Source of the DNA: Ascidiella aspersa
Lineage: Eukaryota
NCBI GenBank assembly: GCA_963924565.1
Contig: OZ004607.1
Location: forward strand, 26,350,001-26,414,000
Length of the DNA: 64,000 nucleotides
Reading direction: 5' to 3'
The stretch's first letter is position 1. Every line of letters starts with the position of its first letter. The notes beneath the pieces were generated by a model that saw only the letters and a list, made by a program, of their open reading frames with translations, was not told the origin of the DNA and did not search any database. Of this stretch, positions 47,001-62,163 are shown in pieces. A program made the position numbers and the translations under genes.

Positions 47001-47933
47001 TCCTAGCTAATATTGTTAGTTACATACAATTTTTTAATCTAGATGCAACGAAGGTATCACTTATGCCCTGGTAGTTTACTGCATTGCTTGGAGCGTAACA
47101 CTGCTGCTATTTTTTGCAATGATGTTCGTGCCGAACAAGTGAGTGCTCTGATAACTATCTGTCAGCATTACAATTTCATTTAGCAAGATAAATTATTTTA
47201 ATTACTGCAAAATTAAATAATCGTCAAACTATTACATTCATTGTAAGATTTTCGTATCCAGGTTTAAAAGGTTGCAGTTTTCTGTAGTTGTAAGGGTTAT
47301 TTTTCATGGCTTGTAGTGGGTAAAAGTAGAATAATGTTCTCACCGGACGCGGGGAAATTTTCAGAGACGACGTTACAAAATGACAGTAGATCATAACTGG
47401 GCGATAACAAGTAAACTTAAGAAACCTAGGTTGTCGTTCGATGTCGTGCACGAATGTGTAACTAAAATCCTAGTGGATATTAAACAAATTGAAGGAGATA
47501 ATGGGATGGCCTGGAAAAAATAAAAAACTTTTTTCTCGGCCGGCGTACCCGCAAAATTATTTTACCGAAACGTCGTTCTTGACCGATACAGCTTGCTTTC
47601 ATCGCTGATTTGTAGGCTAGGTAGCCTAGGGTGTTCGATCGAATACGCGACAAACCCATTAAGCCTCCATTCCATGGAAGACCAATTGAAAAACCACCGC
47701 ATTTCTCTTCTTGTTTCAGGTTGAGTTCAAAACCGTTTAAAACGTTCCAGTTCGCTTGGTCGGCCTTATGTGTGCTCCTCTGTATTACTGCTTCTGCCTG
47801 CTTTGCCGCCTATATGGAATGCTCCAACTTCGACCGGTCAAAGTGCAAGAAGCGGTTGGCTGGGGTAATCTCCGGTTTTATCACAGCCGTCCTTTACGCG
47901 ATCGACGCGGTGATGAACAGACCCAAACACTAA
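44025..47933 (+). CDS. MYADM: MYADM-like double-MARVEL multi-pass membrane protein (about 306 aa)
   Basis: Exons 44025-44220, [45969-46126 and 46235-46269 uncertain], 46340-46446, 46781-46895, 47043-47138, 47720-47933 join in phase (921 nt). Two MARVEL starts (YAISKEGLLKLVVLVF; GYIATPSGWLKTLILVF) and two MARVEL ends (IAFATVVLYAVE; GFITAVLYAID). Confidence 0.75.
44282..44555. mobile_element. hAT MITE in MYADM-like intron 1
   Basis: TIRs caggggtgggcaaa / tttgcccacccctg; TSD ccgtagac / ccatagac. Confidence 0.88.
44601..44982. mobile_element. Degenerate GACTT-family MITE
   Basis: Starts cagtgttgtaatga as at 62164; gactt motifs; degenerate end tataatactg. Confidence 0.6.
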
Positions 47934-49299
47934 ACGGCTTTGATACCCTTTACGACATTAGCTTTAAAACAAACAGTAGAATTGTAGGTACCTTCCAATG
48001 TAGCAGTAATTCATCTTATCACTGTTTTAATACATTTTTTATATTTTTATACACGTATCTTCGGCGGTTAGTAAAGTAATTAAAGTTGTAATAATACCTT
48101 AATAAACATTTAAATCAATGCATAATTTCAACTTACTCGATAATTATATTCATCGTTTCGAAAATGTTTTATTACTGTATTTGGAGGCCCAGGATCACCA
48201 AAATGGAAAAACTGAGAGAAGTGCTTCGAACCCAGATTGTTTATCTATGACAGGGGCCAAAAAAAAAACAGGAAGTGTTGAACTAGGATTATTACCCGAA
48301 GGTCATGTTGTATCTCTGACGCATCTACCGTCATGTTAAGGTACCTTAAGGCCGAGCCCGAGACTTAAAATTTCAAGGCAGGCTATTTTTCTCTAGCATG
48401 AAAATCCTTATTTGGCGACTGATTTGGTTAGGAGATTTTAAAGCTGTTCATCAAAATCTTAAACATTGTTTTGACGACATATAGGTGCAAACAGTTGTCA
48501 ACTAACACGATTATACTCTAATATTCGTAAAGTTTTGTTTTTCCTTTTTGACCTGTATTTCCTGCCGCCATGACTCACCATGCCACTTTTATCGGCGCTC
48601 GGTAATTTTAGCGGGACTATAAAATGCAAATTACTCTATTAGTCAATTAATAAAATAAAAGTTGCAAAAGGCCTACATATTTGTTAACTAACTGTATATT
48701 TGTTTGTTAATCTTATTTCCTTAAATTTCAAAGAGGTAAGGGGTCTTTACTGCCGCATTTTATCGGTTAGTGATTGTTTTAGAATACTGCTGTTAGCCAA
48801 CATCACGCCAAGTGAGTGTCATATCTATAAAAAAATGTTTTCGATATTTATAAATCTATTCATTATATTTAGTTGCGGCGACGCCGGGCGATTTTGTGAA
48901 TGACTCCCCGTTGCGCTTTCCACAGTAACCGCTTTAACCTGTTTTCATTCAACCATACAAAAATCAAATTATCACTCTCGTAAATAAAGCAATTATCAAA
49001 CGTGTCGCTTGGTTACCACAACTATATCCTAGTTAAATTAGTTTTCTCCACAGATGTTGAAGTCATAAGTTTAGTTTGTTATAAGTGAAAGCGCACAACA
49101 CGCTATCGCTGATCTACTTGGCAGTGTTTTTGATATTAGCTACGTTTTAAGAGCACAGTGTTTTTGTTACTGTAAGGCATGTCTTTACGTTTTAAAAGAT
49201 AGCCCTAACCTAAAAAAATTAAATCTAAAACTTGGTTAGTTACTTAAAAGCCACAGGTAACTAAACTAGCGCAATTAGTTACTCTTCGTCAGTCTTGTA

Positions 49300-49475
49300 C
49301 TGACTTAAATGACTTGACTTGAGGTCAATGACCCTAAGTCAACAACAATGACTTAAATGACTTGTTACTTAGCTTAAGTGGACTTAAGACACTGCTTTTG
49401 AACGACTTGGTTTGAATCAAGTCTTTTGGGTAAAATGACTAGGCTTGACTTAACTACTTTGGACAAATAACTTGG
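49300..49475. mobile_element. GACTT-family MITE fragment
   Basis: tgacttaaatgacttgacttgagg...aagtcttttggg...ttggacaaataacttg resembles 62170-62310. Confidence 0.55.
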
Positions 49476-49752
49476 GTTGAAATAAAATGTTTTTACAATT
49501 TTTATTTTTTAATAATTAATTAATTACTTAATTTTTTTTTTCAAGTATTTAAAATTTTAACAATTTAATGTTTTACTTTTATGACAAAGACTTAATAAAT
49601 AAAACTTATCACTGGAATGGTCTTCGTATTTTGTTACCACTGAAGATTTTTTCGCAAAAAGCTACCACAGTCAAAAAAAATATACAAATAGTCAGAGTAT
49701 TTTACCAAGGAAACCTGATAAGCATGGCAGGTTAACAACAAACGCAGACTAA

Positions 49753-52700
49753 ATGATGCAAGGAACAACCAGCGCGGCGGCCACTAGACTAGCTCGGGTC
49801 CTTACTGGTAGTGCTGACCCCAGTGGCAATTCGGGCGGAAGCAGAAATGACAGCACTGTCAGGAGCCACAATGCAACCGACGACAGGAGGCCTTATACGA
49901 CTACGTCGGGCTTGGAAAAGACTCAAGAAAGTGGGTTTCCAGAAAATTATCTGTTATCAAGAATCACATATTATTATAAGTAATTTACAAAACTGCAATA
50001 CCGCATGCATTATGTTAAATAAATGTATAGATAAGATAATTAAACCTCGTCCAATATTTTTCGTTAGGTGGCAGTAGCAGTCTACAGTTTAGCATGGACA
50101 CTATCGTACGACAAATTCGCGATGACATCATCTCCAGGTGCACGAAGATTCGAGAAAGAGTAAGCCTGATGCGCCCAGAGGAAAGACAAGGTCGGCTTAA
50201 AACATCAAAGAATATGCTTAGTTTACATGCATGACTTTTAAGCCTTTCCATTGCAAGCAATTACACTGATAAGGCGTTTAAACCCATAACACGAAACAGA
50301 ATAATATTGACTAATTTTTTTCGTCCGTCAGGTGATGTACATTTTGAGGATAACGAATCAGTACTTTAAATTGCATTTCTTTAATTAAATTTATCAATTT
50401 TAAAATATATTAAAACACTAAAGCGAACAGCGCTGGCGAGTTTCAACGTTACAAGGTTTTTATCGCTTTAATTTTTCTTTTTATTAATTGCGTAAGAAAA
50501 CTACTTAGCGTAATCGACTGTTTCCTATTAACCATGTCCATTTTCATGGTCATTGCGTCAAATGGAATATAGTATAGCATAGCTTACGGCAGGCACCCTA
50601 GTTTTCGTAACCCTGCGATGTTTTCGACTGTATTGTGTGTAGTACATGTTAGAACTGGCTGACGCGCTTAATTTAGTTTAGTGTAAAGCAACAAAACCAT
50701 ATTGTCATGACAACATGCATTAGAGACTTTCCTACAGCCAGTCGAGTTTATTCATATTTTATAACCAGTAACATACTTTGGTTCTAAGCCACCGGCATCG
50801 TGCCCGACGAGTACAGAGCGGATCTGGAGAAACGACTTGCTGATCTCATGATCGTTGGCGAGCGAAGTGGCCTCAGCAGACACAAGTTGTGCGTGTTTGA
50901 GCTGGAATGCCACTTTAACATCAAGATCGCCATGATGCATTTAGAAGGACCAACCGACTCTCTTGGTAAAACATATAGCCTAAACAGCGGTTGATTTTTT
51001 TGGTAGAAACGAAAGTTTTTGTTTTAAAACAATAAATTGCGTAGTTGTCTATTTCATGACAATCCAAAGTAAAGGGCAACCCGGGAAATAGCCTGAGGGC
51101 CTGATCCAACGAGGTAGGCCTTTTTAACCATCCTGAATTAACTGAAAATAGTGCCTTGCATTTAAGATGGCTTAAAAGTGTTTTGGTGGGCCCAATGTTT
51201 TACGTATAAAGCTTTCTTAATGTCTTACGAAAAGCGGGTATTTTGATCGCTCAATTTAGTAGTTTAAAAACTGTTATATGTACTACATTATGTTAAGTAA
51301 GCATGTCACTACCGCTAAACTTATCATATTGCATTTACAATAAACACAGAATCGTTTCAAAATGCGGATTGACAATTTTGTTTTGTAATTTAAATCGTTT
51401 CAGACAAGGCTGTGCAATTATATCGAATGGGCCAGTACTCAGACGCACTCCCCATGCTTGAGCAGCAACTGGAGAAGACCAACTGCTACATGCACGAGCT
51501 GATAGCCGGCTCCATGTTCAACCTGGGCAGAATAGACGGCGCCGGTTTTCATTTTCAGCAGGCCATTAAAAACATGCAGTCGCGCCCGGTACAAGACCGC
51601 ACAATAAAAACCGATAAACAGGTTACTGGTTTCACAAATTGCATTGAATACCTACCTAGCTTTGTAAATTCTTAGTGCGCTGCACAGCTTAAACAATTCC
51701 GCCAGGCGTTCATCAGCAAAGTCACACTTGACTTTGATATGTGCAACATACAGTTTCAATAAAAAATTTGAATTTTGTAATACATATTGACAACATATTT
51801 TTTTGTCAGTAAAGTTTATCGTTGGCGATTATAACCAGCATAAAGTTTAATCCGGCGTTTTAATTAGCATAATCCGAATTTTAATATAGAAGTAGTTTTT
51901 TCCTATTTTAGAAGGTCATTTTCGCAACAAAAAAAACAGAAAAATATAAATGCACACTAGGCATTCCCTTTCCCACTCGCACTCTCTATCGGCGATATTT
52001 TCACCATTTGAGGATTTAACCATTCCTCCAAGTTGCACTTCGTTGTAACAGAATTTAAAAACGCAATCGTTTATGTTTATGTTTCGTACAATGTTGTGCA
52101 GCAAACAAATCTGCTTGCAACCGCGCGCAACTCTAAAGCCAAGGCTGGAGAGAGCCTAAAAAACAAGCAATACCAGGACGCGCTGAGATTTTACAACATG
52201 TCAAACGATCTCTACTCGGCCGTGGAGGCGCGGCGCGAAGGTGTTGAGGTGAATACGTTTTTGCTTGTGAACGCTAAATTATTTTTGGCACTATAAGAAG
52301 TTTATAATATTTCCCAATGAACAAATTTATTTCTGAATGAAGTTTGAGACAAGAGCACTTCGAGCATTTCAGTTTGATATCGGCCATCTACTGTTTCTAT
52401 TTGGCTGCACGATAACCTAATCGCTCGTCGATAGAAACAATTAGCTACATACAATCTGATACAATTTTGTACACTTGAATGTTGTCCAGGGTATGATTTT
52501 GTGCATCGGTGGAACCGGTGACGTCATACAGGCTATGTCGAAGCTACGCGCGGCCGACGGAAATTCAGAGGTCAAACAAACGCTTCAGACGATGTTGCAG
52601 ATGTACGACAAGTTCTCGGACATTCTCATTCACACCGGACTCGAGCCCGGGTTTCAGAATCAATGCCACGGAATCTGCCTCAACATAATTGCAATCGCTT

Positions 52701-55700
52701 TCGAAACTTGTGGCAGGTGGGTTTGCATGATCTCGCCAGCTGTATGATTAAGCTGTTCTTTTTTTTAGTTTTTTTTCCTTTACGATTTACAAATCTCGGT
52801 AATACAGGTGTTTCACTAAACTGATTTTTATTTGAACGAACGTTGTGTGGTTGTCATTTGTAAAGTGTATTATTTCCATTTCGTTTGTTTTGTTTATAAA
52901 GTTCTACTTACACCTGTTATCTAGAAAGCTAGCTTGCCTTAAGGATTTATATAACGTAACATCTTCATCTGTGCCAAGGTACACGGCTGCCGTTGGCCGC
53001 TACAGCGAGTCGCAAGAAGCATACAGCAAACTCCCTGACGACAAACAGCGCGTTTTGCGCATGCGTGAGTGCGTCATCAAGGCGCGTCACGTGCTTCGCC
53101 ACCTGGTCAAAATGCTGGGCGGGGCAAACTCGGAAGGGGAGCTTCCAACACCGGTACCTCAAATTTTGAATACTCGTTTTCCTAACGCGATGTTCGTTTT
53201 AATTAAGTAATTTTGTTTCTTTATTTAAAAATTAAAAGGCCTAAAAGCATGTTTTCGAACGTTTATATATTATTTATTTTGGATCGAAACTTTTTACTAA
53301 AATTGAATAATAATACAAAATATAACGAAGCAATATAAAATACTCTTTACTGTGATTGGAAAACTGAATCTTAACCTTTTTTTCATTTAAAAAAAGTTTA
53401 ACATGTCGCCGATTAGCATATTAAAAGCGAGGCCGATAAATATTTCAGTTTTAACATTGTTTAGCAAAAAAACGACAATTTTACTTCAAGGCAAAATTAA
53501 TTTCTATGAAATATTTTGTACAAATGCTATAGCAATTTAATTCGACATGAAACTCAGGCCACCTAATTTGATTTAATGTGAGATGGAAAACACTGCGGTT
53601 AGAAATATCTTATCCAATTACTTGATAAAAAAACCTCGCACGACTAGGGTGTGGTTGTCAACAACGTTTGTCACGCAATTGAACCTGAATAACGACTCAA
53701 GTTGTGAGCAATGTTTGGAAAATGTTGCTTTAAAGAAGATTTAAAACCAAATTTTCGAAATACCACTTCTCAGCGCCGTGCCGTCTGCTGATGGTAGCAA
53801 GATTCGGAACCAAAAGAGTCGGCTTCGAGGAAACAATCGCTTGTCTCGCATCTCTTTCACTGTCTGAAATTGGCGACATTTAAAAATACTCATTTGGGAG
53901 AAAAATATTTTTGTCACAACTAGTGCGAAGCATCGTGTGTCCGGCCTCATGAAATAAGCTAGACCCTTTGTCCTCTTGCCGGATAATCGTATGCACTTTT
54001 TTTTAATATTATGATAGTAAAGCTGTATTTAATTTAAACAAGTGCCGAAATTAAGATGTAATACAAAAACGACAGGGGATGATCAAAGAAAAATTATTAA
54101 AAATCAACATCAGGTAGAGTTTCTATCATCTCTTGAAACCACATTAGTGCCCATGTCCGTCATAATACTTTGACCGAACAAGACTGTTACCTGTTTCGCG
54201 TTTTAAAATAATATGCAACAGGTGCAGAAAAACTGCTTCCGCTGTTCGACAAGACACGTTTGCAACACATTTCCTGCTTGTCAAAGGTGCGCCAGGCGAT
54301 GGGGGTGATCCTTCAAATGCACGACAGCTTCATGGCGGAGAGCGATCGGGCCAAGGTGGACGCGACCTTCCGCGCTGAGAACCAGGCCGAGTGTTTTAAC
54401 AGCATCGGGATCGGCCATTACGAGCTGCGTCAGTTCGACCAGGCGGAGGCCATGCTGAAGCGGGGAGTCGAAGTCATGAAAGAAAAGTTTGGGGCTTCAT
54501 GCCGGTGCGTTGGTAGACTTGAATTGCATTTTTTAAGCTGAGTTCGGATGACTGCACTCATGTTGTGGTTGTGACTTCCCAAACTTTGCAGTCTGCGATC
54601 GACTTTGAGCAAACTTTCCGAGACCCAACGCGTTTGGCATGAATTAACAGGACATACTTTGTTGTTCGCTTCGTTATAAGTACTACGCAACTCAGTTAGG
54701 GCACTCCCTACGTAAACGTCAGATAATGTGTAAGTGTAACATTGAGTGTATGAGAAAAATTTGTTTGCGAAAATGGACTCGAATCCCCTATAGTCGTTGC
54801 ACGTTCCTTTCCAGGAAAATTACTACCAATTGTGAATACTTTTTGTAGAGCATTCGATACTACATGTAGGCCATAACGTGTGAAATTTCGGTTGTTCGCA
54901 AGAGTGATTTACGGTACCTCCATTACTATACAGATATCCTATATTTCAGACTAACATTACGACCTTCCGATCCGATAACAAATCTCCTCCTAATGATTAA
55001 TCGAACAATAAGATGTAGAAATAAAACGTGTGAAGACGGATCGCAAATCAAGACTGAAATGCCTACTTAATTTTGTTTTAGATCAGTACCAATACTACCT
55101 TTGTATCGGATGATTACCGATACAATAACCTGGTACCGCATTTCGGCATTAATACCATAATTTTCAACATAACTATAGGAGGAACTTTACGTGTACAGCA
55201 CACGTTTTAATATACAGCATATAACCTAGACGGTTTAAGCTGTTGGCAAGCTATACCCTATTATTGGAAACGATGAAACACTTATGTAAATATTTCTGAT
55301 TTGTCTGCAGTTTTCTTGTCGTGACTGATTACGCCAACGAGCCCCGCGCTTATAGTTGCAAGGGTGCTTGTCGACTATAGCGTCACTCCTAAAGGCACTT
55401 ACGTCTTTTCGCGTTAATATGTAAACAGATATATCGAATAGTCTTACTTTTAGAAAGAACAATGAAAGGCGAGGTTATAACATTTGCGCTACTGTAATCT
55501 TAAAGCCCGAAGTACACGGCTTCTCGTAACATTTTTGTCAAACAGATTTAAACGTAATTTAAAAATAAATCGATTTGTCGCATACTACATTTAGACGAAT
55601 ATCTTATTTAAATAATAATAATACAGTTAGGAGTCACAGTTTGGTTGGGCATCGTTGTAAAATGTTGCATAGGCAAGTTAATATTCTAGTATGACTCGAT

Positions 55701-56651
55701 AAAGCGTTTTCGGTCAATTTTTCCAATCGTGTGCTATTTTAAATGAACATGGCCTAATCGCGGCCGACCTAAAATAACACACGCAACTTTTTCTGATTTT
55801 CACACAACCTACTGCAGCATGTAACTGCGTATGTAAGTATTTTAGTTTAACGGACTAGTCGCGCAAATAAAATTGGACATATTGTCGATTGGCTGAACAT
55901 CGAGACAAATGTACACATATGATAGCAATGCGATTCGACATAACTGCTGTTTTTTTTTCAAATATGTAAAAACAATTGCTTTACTTTTTTTAAATGTAAT
56001 TAATACCTTAACCTATAAGGATTAAGATAGTTTATGCATTTAATATAACTTCATTTTGTTCGATGAATTATTTGAACGAGTTGTTTCGTTTTTCCGCATG
56101 TATAAAAGTAATTTTTATACGTTAGGCATGTCTGCTGGTCAAGAAAACGTTTTCTGAGTGGCGCCAAAATTGCAGCCGAGGTACTGTCACGAATTTCTGA
56201 AAATAGCTTCGGCACAGACGCATGTCGCTGGCAGTAAAACTGTGCGTCAATGGGCGATTTACCCTAACGCCTTTTGTTTTTGTGTAACGCTTCTTGGCAT
56301 ACACAATGCAAATACTCCGTATTTCGACAGCTTATATTGTGTACCTATACTATCGATCGCCGTCTTCTTAATGGTGCGCCGCTCTTTACTTAGGCACAAA
56401 ATGACCACAAAGCTAAGTAACAAGTCAGTGAGCAATCATTGCCTTTTAAGGTACGATTTTATTTTCCTAGGCATATAACGTTGGCGCAGCTCCTGTACAA
56501 CTTGGGTCTACTCTACCAGGACGTGGGCCAGCTGGTGAAAGCCCGGGGCTGCTTCGAGGATGCCCGGGCGCTATACAACCGCCTGGAAGACATGGAAACC
56601 AGAGAAGAAGGAATCAGGAAGACGCAAAGCGCGCTAGAAGATATCGATTAA
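49753..56651 (+). CDS. Tetratricopeptide-repeat protein (about 547 aa, 9 coding exons)
   Basis: Exons 49753-49930, 50068-50190, 50789-50965, 51404-51621, 52102-52248, 52490-52716, 52979-53153, 54287-54504, 56471-56651 join in phase (1644 nt). TPR helices AVQLYRMGQYSDALPMLEQ, AECFNSIGIGHYELRQFDQAEAMLKRG, AQLLYNLGLLYQDVGQLVKARGCFEDA. Confidence 0.82.
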
Positions 56652-59476
56652 ACTTTGCTTAATGCCAATTTCTAAGAGTTTTTTTAAATGTTGTTTTGGG
56701 TTGATAATTCGCGACAGTTTTTATCTTTTCGTAAAAGCATACCTACTAATGTTAAGATGCTAAATATCGAGCACGCTTCTTTCGAAAAGTTTAACAGAAA
56801 TTTAGAGTTTCCTCTTTTCTTGTTTAGGATTTTTGTTGTTGTTAAAATACAGTAGATTCACACAAAATTCCTAAGTCGCGTAGAGGTGGCTTGACCACAA
56901 GTTGTAAAAATACATTCTGCATATTATTCTCGACACGATTTTTTTTTCAGAACATCACAACACCATGTCATGACATGTTTCTTTTAGATCAGATTTTTTT
57001 CTAAAAGGCCATGTGGCGTAGCATAAAATGACGGCCTAGTAATACCAAGAAAAGTCAACCGCACATGGACCATAAAGCACCTAGGTTTGGTGCATATAGC
57101 TAAAAGCTTGCTTCACTAAAATATTACATTTACCTGTAATTCTCTAATTAAGTAAGCTTTTATTGAGGTTATACCCGAGCGAAAAAAATAAAAAAAGTTG
57201 CGTGGAATGTGAGCTTCTTCTACTTACAGATTGCGCGTATCATGACCATACAAGTTATTTAAGACAGTTGCATCAAACTAATAGCAGAGTGGTTGCGCTC
57301 GTCCTAAGGTGATTGCGCTCACGATTGATTAATTGATCCTGGCAAGGCATGTGGCCCTGGTTGACCATCAAGGGGCGTCGTCGCTGCGTTGTTGCCATTT
57401 AAAATTCCAGCTACCACAGCCGAGAACAGAAGCAATATCGATTTGTTTTGTAAGCATCTTGATTGCACGGTGGAACGGCTTCGTTTGATTCCGCAGTAAG
57501 TCCGCGATTCGATCGCAATTTATCTCCAACCTTTGTTAAGGATTGTCTTTGCCATGCCAAGTGACAAGGGTTTACACGTGCCCTTCTAAACTTAATGATC
57601 ATTTTTTTTCTCCTAAATACCAGCACCACTTCGATTGAAACATAGACTTTCTCCTTGTCTCTCATAAATAGTAAAATTTTAAGTTTTATATGCGTTCTGT
57701 AGCGCTAACGAAACGCAGTTTTGCAAAAAATGAAGCGAAAAAATGCACTTAGGTATTACTTTTAACACAAATTACCTCATGCCTAAAATTTAAGACAAAC
57801 TGTCATGTCTTTAAGTCATTTGGACAAAATATTTCACTTAGATTTATTCATTTAGGATTTAATTAAACTTATTTTTACAAAGTGTCTGATTCGTTTATAC
57901 TTCGTTGTTGTAGGTTGTGCGTCTGGACTTAAAACAAGATCATTTTAACTTACACATCCGCCCAGACTTTTTGATGCACGTAAAACCAGCAAGGGACAGA
58001 GGCGGGGCAGAACGTTGAGCTATTTACGTAATTTGTATTGCAACCGCGCACTCCGACTAATTTGGAGCGCGTCGCGACGCTCGTGTTTGTAACCCGGCCA
58101 ATTCCTAAAAACTTCAAAGCGTCTTGACATTTCTCCGGCAGGTTCAGCTCTTTTTAGTCTCGGCTGGCCGATTGCGCGTGTTGATTGTACGCGTCGCCAC
58201 GTAGGCTCCGCCCGACCTTAACTGTTTGACAGGCGAAAATGCCAATTATTTGTTTGGCCGGAGCAAGGTCTACGATCGAAACATTTTTTCTCTCGGCCTA
58301 ATATACAAATTCTGCCAAGTTTTACCTTAATTGCTTGCGGACACATTATTAACAGCGATGTTACCTGAAATGTCATGTAATATGCGCTACAAATGAAGGA
58401 GTAGTTTCACTTGGGTATCTTATATATAAGAAATGACATTGAACAAAACCGTATTACCTTATGTAATTTATTGGCTAAATTACGTACATTGGGCCGAACT
58501 CGACGCAATTCACCAAACTATTAGGAACGAACAACGTTGCCTTGCGCAAGTCAGGACCTATATTTGGGAAGTTTTCAGGGCACGACCTATAGTGCATGTA
58601 GCCTAAATATGGCAAAGGGCCTTAAGAAATGTCCAGTGTTGCATGAGAGGTCAATTGTACTTTGAGATATTCGACACTCTCTGGGTTGCTTTCGAACAAT
58701 CGCTTCATCCCCTTTTAGAGGTACATATTGTGCTCGTATTCAATTGACTCTAACGCTAAGAAGGTTAAACTTGAGATGCATCAAATTTCGGAGCATAATT
58801 CCTGTAGGTTGTATTGTTAGACGTAGAACAAAAATTAAAGCTGAAGTAGCTAGCAAAAATGTTTTCCAAACAAAAAAGTTCTCCCAAACCCCTAAATTAA
58901 TTATGTTTTTTATTGCTTACAATAACTTGTTTTTATAAACAACGTATATCGCTAGTTATATTGGTTTAGCCCAACAACCAGTACTACAACAATACAAAAG
59001 CCCACATAAGCTGCATATGGCATTCGACAATCCTCGTGAGGGACATTTATTCCCTGACGCACAACGCAACTCGTTTAAAACAAACAAGAAAAACAAATTC
59101 TAAGAACTTAAAGTGCCAGCGGTGGGCTGTAGCGACGTGTCCCAAGGGTCATCTGCAGTACCTTTGCCATATGCTCATTTTGTTTGGTCTGCTGAGCAAG
59201 GCGACGTATTTCACGTATGTTGCAGGATAATGAACGTCGAACTGTCGGTAACCGTTGGGAATTGAAATGCGTTCAACTGCATTATGCGAGCGCAGGAGAG
59301 ACGTTTCGTATAAACATTCACAGTCTTGTTTACCATAAGATTTTATTCTGCTTTTTAACTACTGTACTTTGGGTTGTAAAATTGGGTATTCTGTAGTACA
59401 GTTACAGTCATTCGTAAGTTGTACGGATCAATGATAATGGCACACATATTAATAGTTCACCGAGTGTATTCTGGGC

Positions 59477-59516
59477 ATACAGTTTCACTAAACCAGATAC
59501 AGTTTCACTAAACCAG
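59477..59516. repeat. 20-bp tandem duplication
   Basis: atacagtttcactaaaccag x2. Confidence 0.9.
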
Positions 59517-62163
59517 AGCCTAATCAGAATTATATTGCAAGGAAAGCAAATTGCGACGGTCCTAAATTGGCCGAGGTGGTGAGTTCGGACCTCACTTCCT
59601 CATACTAGATAAGTTTATCCTTGCCATGTTTGCAACACAGTCCTAATTAGGCCTACTGGTTTCGTAATATCCTTTCCAATGGGGTAACGGTGTAATGCTT
59701 GTGAACGTTTGCATTCCTCGCAAAACAGGTAAAAAAACTGTAAAGAACACAAAAAATTACAAAACATCATGTGAACAAATACATTCTCAGCTACCCTAAA
59801 ATAACTTGACCTTGCAGTTCGTCTCTTTAGCAAATATTTTGCAACAAAGGCACGATAAGCAGAAGCCAAAAACGACCCATTTTTAAAGGTGAGAGCAGAA
59901 GGTTTGAATCGACGTCAAGCAGATGGCAGCATTTAGCACGAAGCGCATTGAACGAGGGTCGACTGAAGGTTGCGGCCGGTTGACGTCACAAGATTAAAAA
60001 ATAGTGGCTCTGCAATTGCGCTGCTGGCGAACAATCCTCCCTCTGCAAAACAGCAGGTTTTGCCGAGCGTATGAAAAACCCGTATAACATTTCTAATACA
60101 TGTATTGTACGCATTGCAATGATTTTGGTATGTAAAAGCAAATTTAAAATAGCACCAAACAAACAAAAAGATGTATAAAACCGATACTTAAAACAGCTGG
60201 CCGTATCAGTAGTAGGTCTATTTATTCGATATCTATATACTTCAGTGACACTGGTTCCGACCAGATACTGTTCTCCTGCGTTAATATCTATCTAATGTTC
60301 AACGATGACAATTGGTTTATATGTTGACGATAAAAAAGACGAAACAAGGCCAGCTTCCATCACAAGGATATGTATGGAGCAATATCTGGAAGAACATAAT
60401 ATTTGCAAATATAAAATGATAGACATTTTGTTTCGTGCACCCGTCAGGTAGGAATCTACTCGAGGCTGCGATACGTTTAAAATTAACTGTCGGGCGGTGG
60501 TTTCGGATTGAAACCCAACGGGAGTAAAGGCAGTTGTCTTTGCAAATCAATCTAAATGAACAGAGTGCGATCTACACTTGACAGAATTACGTATCGTGCA
60601 CTATTTTTTACATAAAGCATACTGTTATGACAAGAAGGACAAAATTGCGTTGCAGGACATGTGACTAATCATGAGAACTGCGCCGCAGATGCCTTGCTCT
60701 TCCTTTCAATTCTATATTCCACGAAAAAATCCGATCCCGTGTACTCCAACCCCAACCTGGAACCCTGCCCATATTGTGACAGCGATTGGTTGAACGTGGC
60801 AGATATCATGACGCCTTCACACGATTGACAAGGTCCGCTTGGCGAAGGCTGTCGGTCCAAGGGTCGGACACTTGATCAATTACTTGCGGTCGATTCGCAC
60901 TTGCGCGGCCTGAGAACACACGTTGTGAGAAATGTTTTAATTCGGCGAGTATGGACGAAACGTTTCATTTCGGATCATTCAAATTATTTTCTTCGGCTTT
61001 GTTTCAATTGAACATAGGGTAGGCTAGGCCGGCTAAAAGTTTTAGGTCGTTTGTCACCGTGAGTTTACGAGCATAGACCCTATAAGCTACATGGTAAAAC
61101 AGAACCTCCTAGTGTTTTCAATTATTGGCTATCCGCGTGTCATTTAACGAAAACTCCCATCATCCTCATTCCAGAAGTTGACGTGTTTCGATGGGCGTCC
61201 GTCGAACGGTCGGCATAGGGTTTAAAGGCACCTCTCACCAGACGAGTGAAAGCGACTTTTGTCAACAAGCCAAGTTTGAGCAACAGTCAGTCATCGGAGT
61301 GCTGCTTTCCCTTACCCGCGTTCTTGGATCGTCCTGGGAGCAGCCAGCACGCGAAAGGCGGAAACAATTAACCGTTCGATGCGTGCTTCGCATTGGAACG
61401 AATTGAACAAGCAAGTACCCGCGTAGTGCCTTATAAGTTTTCGGGCCCACACCAACGAGCATCTACGACTAGTAGCTTGCCTTGTTTCGGTTGAGGTTCT
61501 CACGGGTAGTCACGTTGTCGTTCCGACGAACGATTGGCGCAATGGCCTCTCGCAGTTGCTGCCCGACTAATGGAGCAGAAGTACTGCCCTAGGTCGGCGC
61601 CTTTCTGGCGAACAACGACCCCAGAAATTCCGTGCGGTGAAGTCAAAAACTACTTACGCGCAAGATTTCACAACTCCTCTTTTTGTTAAACGCGCTCTAT
61701 TTCTTCACGCTTTCCGTGCTTCAAATTAATTTCAGGTAAGGACGCACTCTTATAACCCGTTGGGAAAGTGTCGACTTTTTCTTAGTGTACCTTGAATTAG
61801 TTTATCGCTCTGGTAGTGAGCAGGCGTGAATCAAAAAAATAATTTTAAATATAAATTTCTCTTTTATTAAAAATACCTAAAATAACTAATCATGCCAATG
61901 TGCACTTTACATGTAAATCAATAATTCAATATATCCATGATTAAACTGTCAAAATCAGAGTTAAATTACCAATTCTTTACATCGATATCATAAATTATGA
62001 TGAATTATGTAAGTCGCTCATAAAACAGTTTTGTCAGAAGTTGTTTGTAGCTGTGAACATTGTTCAAAAACATGATCGATATTGTGTAATTCCTAATCAA
62101 TGTGATGAACCTTCTCATTCTCTCTCTCTCTCTTCCATGATATTAGGTTTGAAATGAAACCAA

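Noticed and set aside
57203-57224. tggaatgt resembling the miR-1 5' end
   Set aside because: The rest does not match miR-1 and no hairpin partner is evident.
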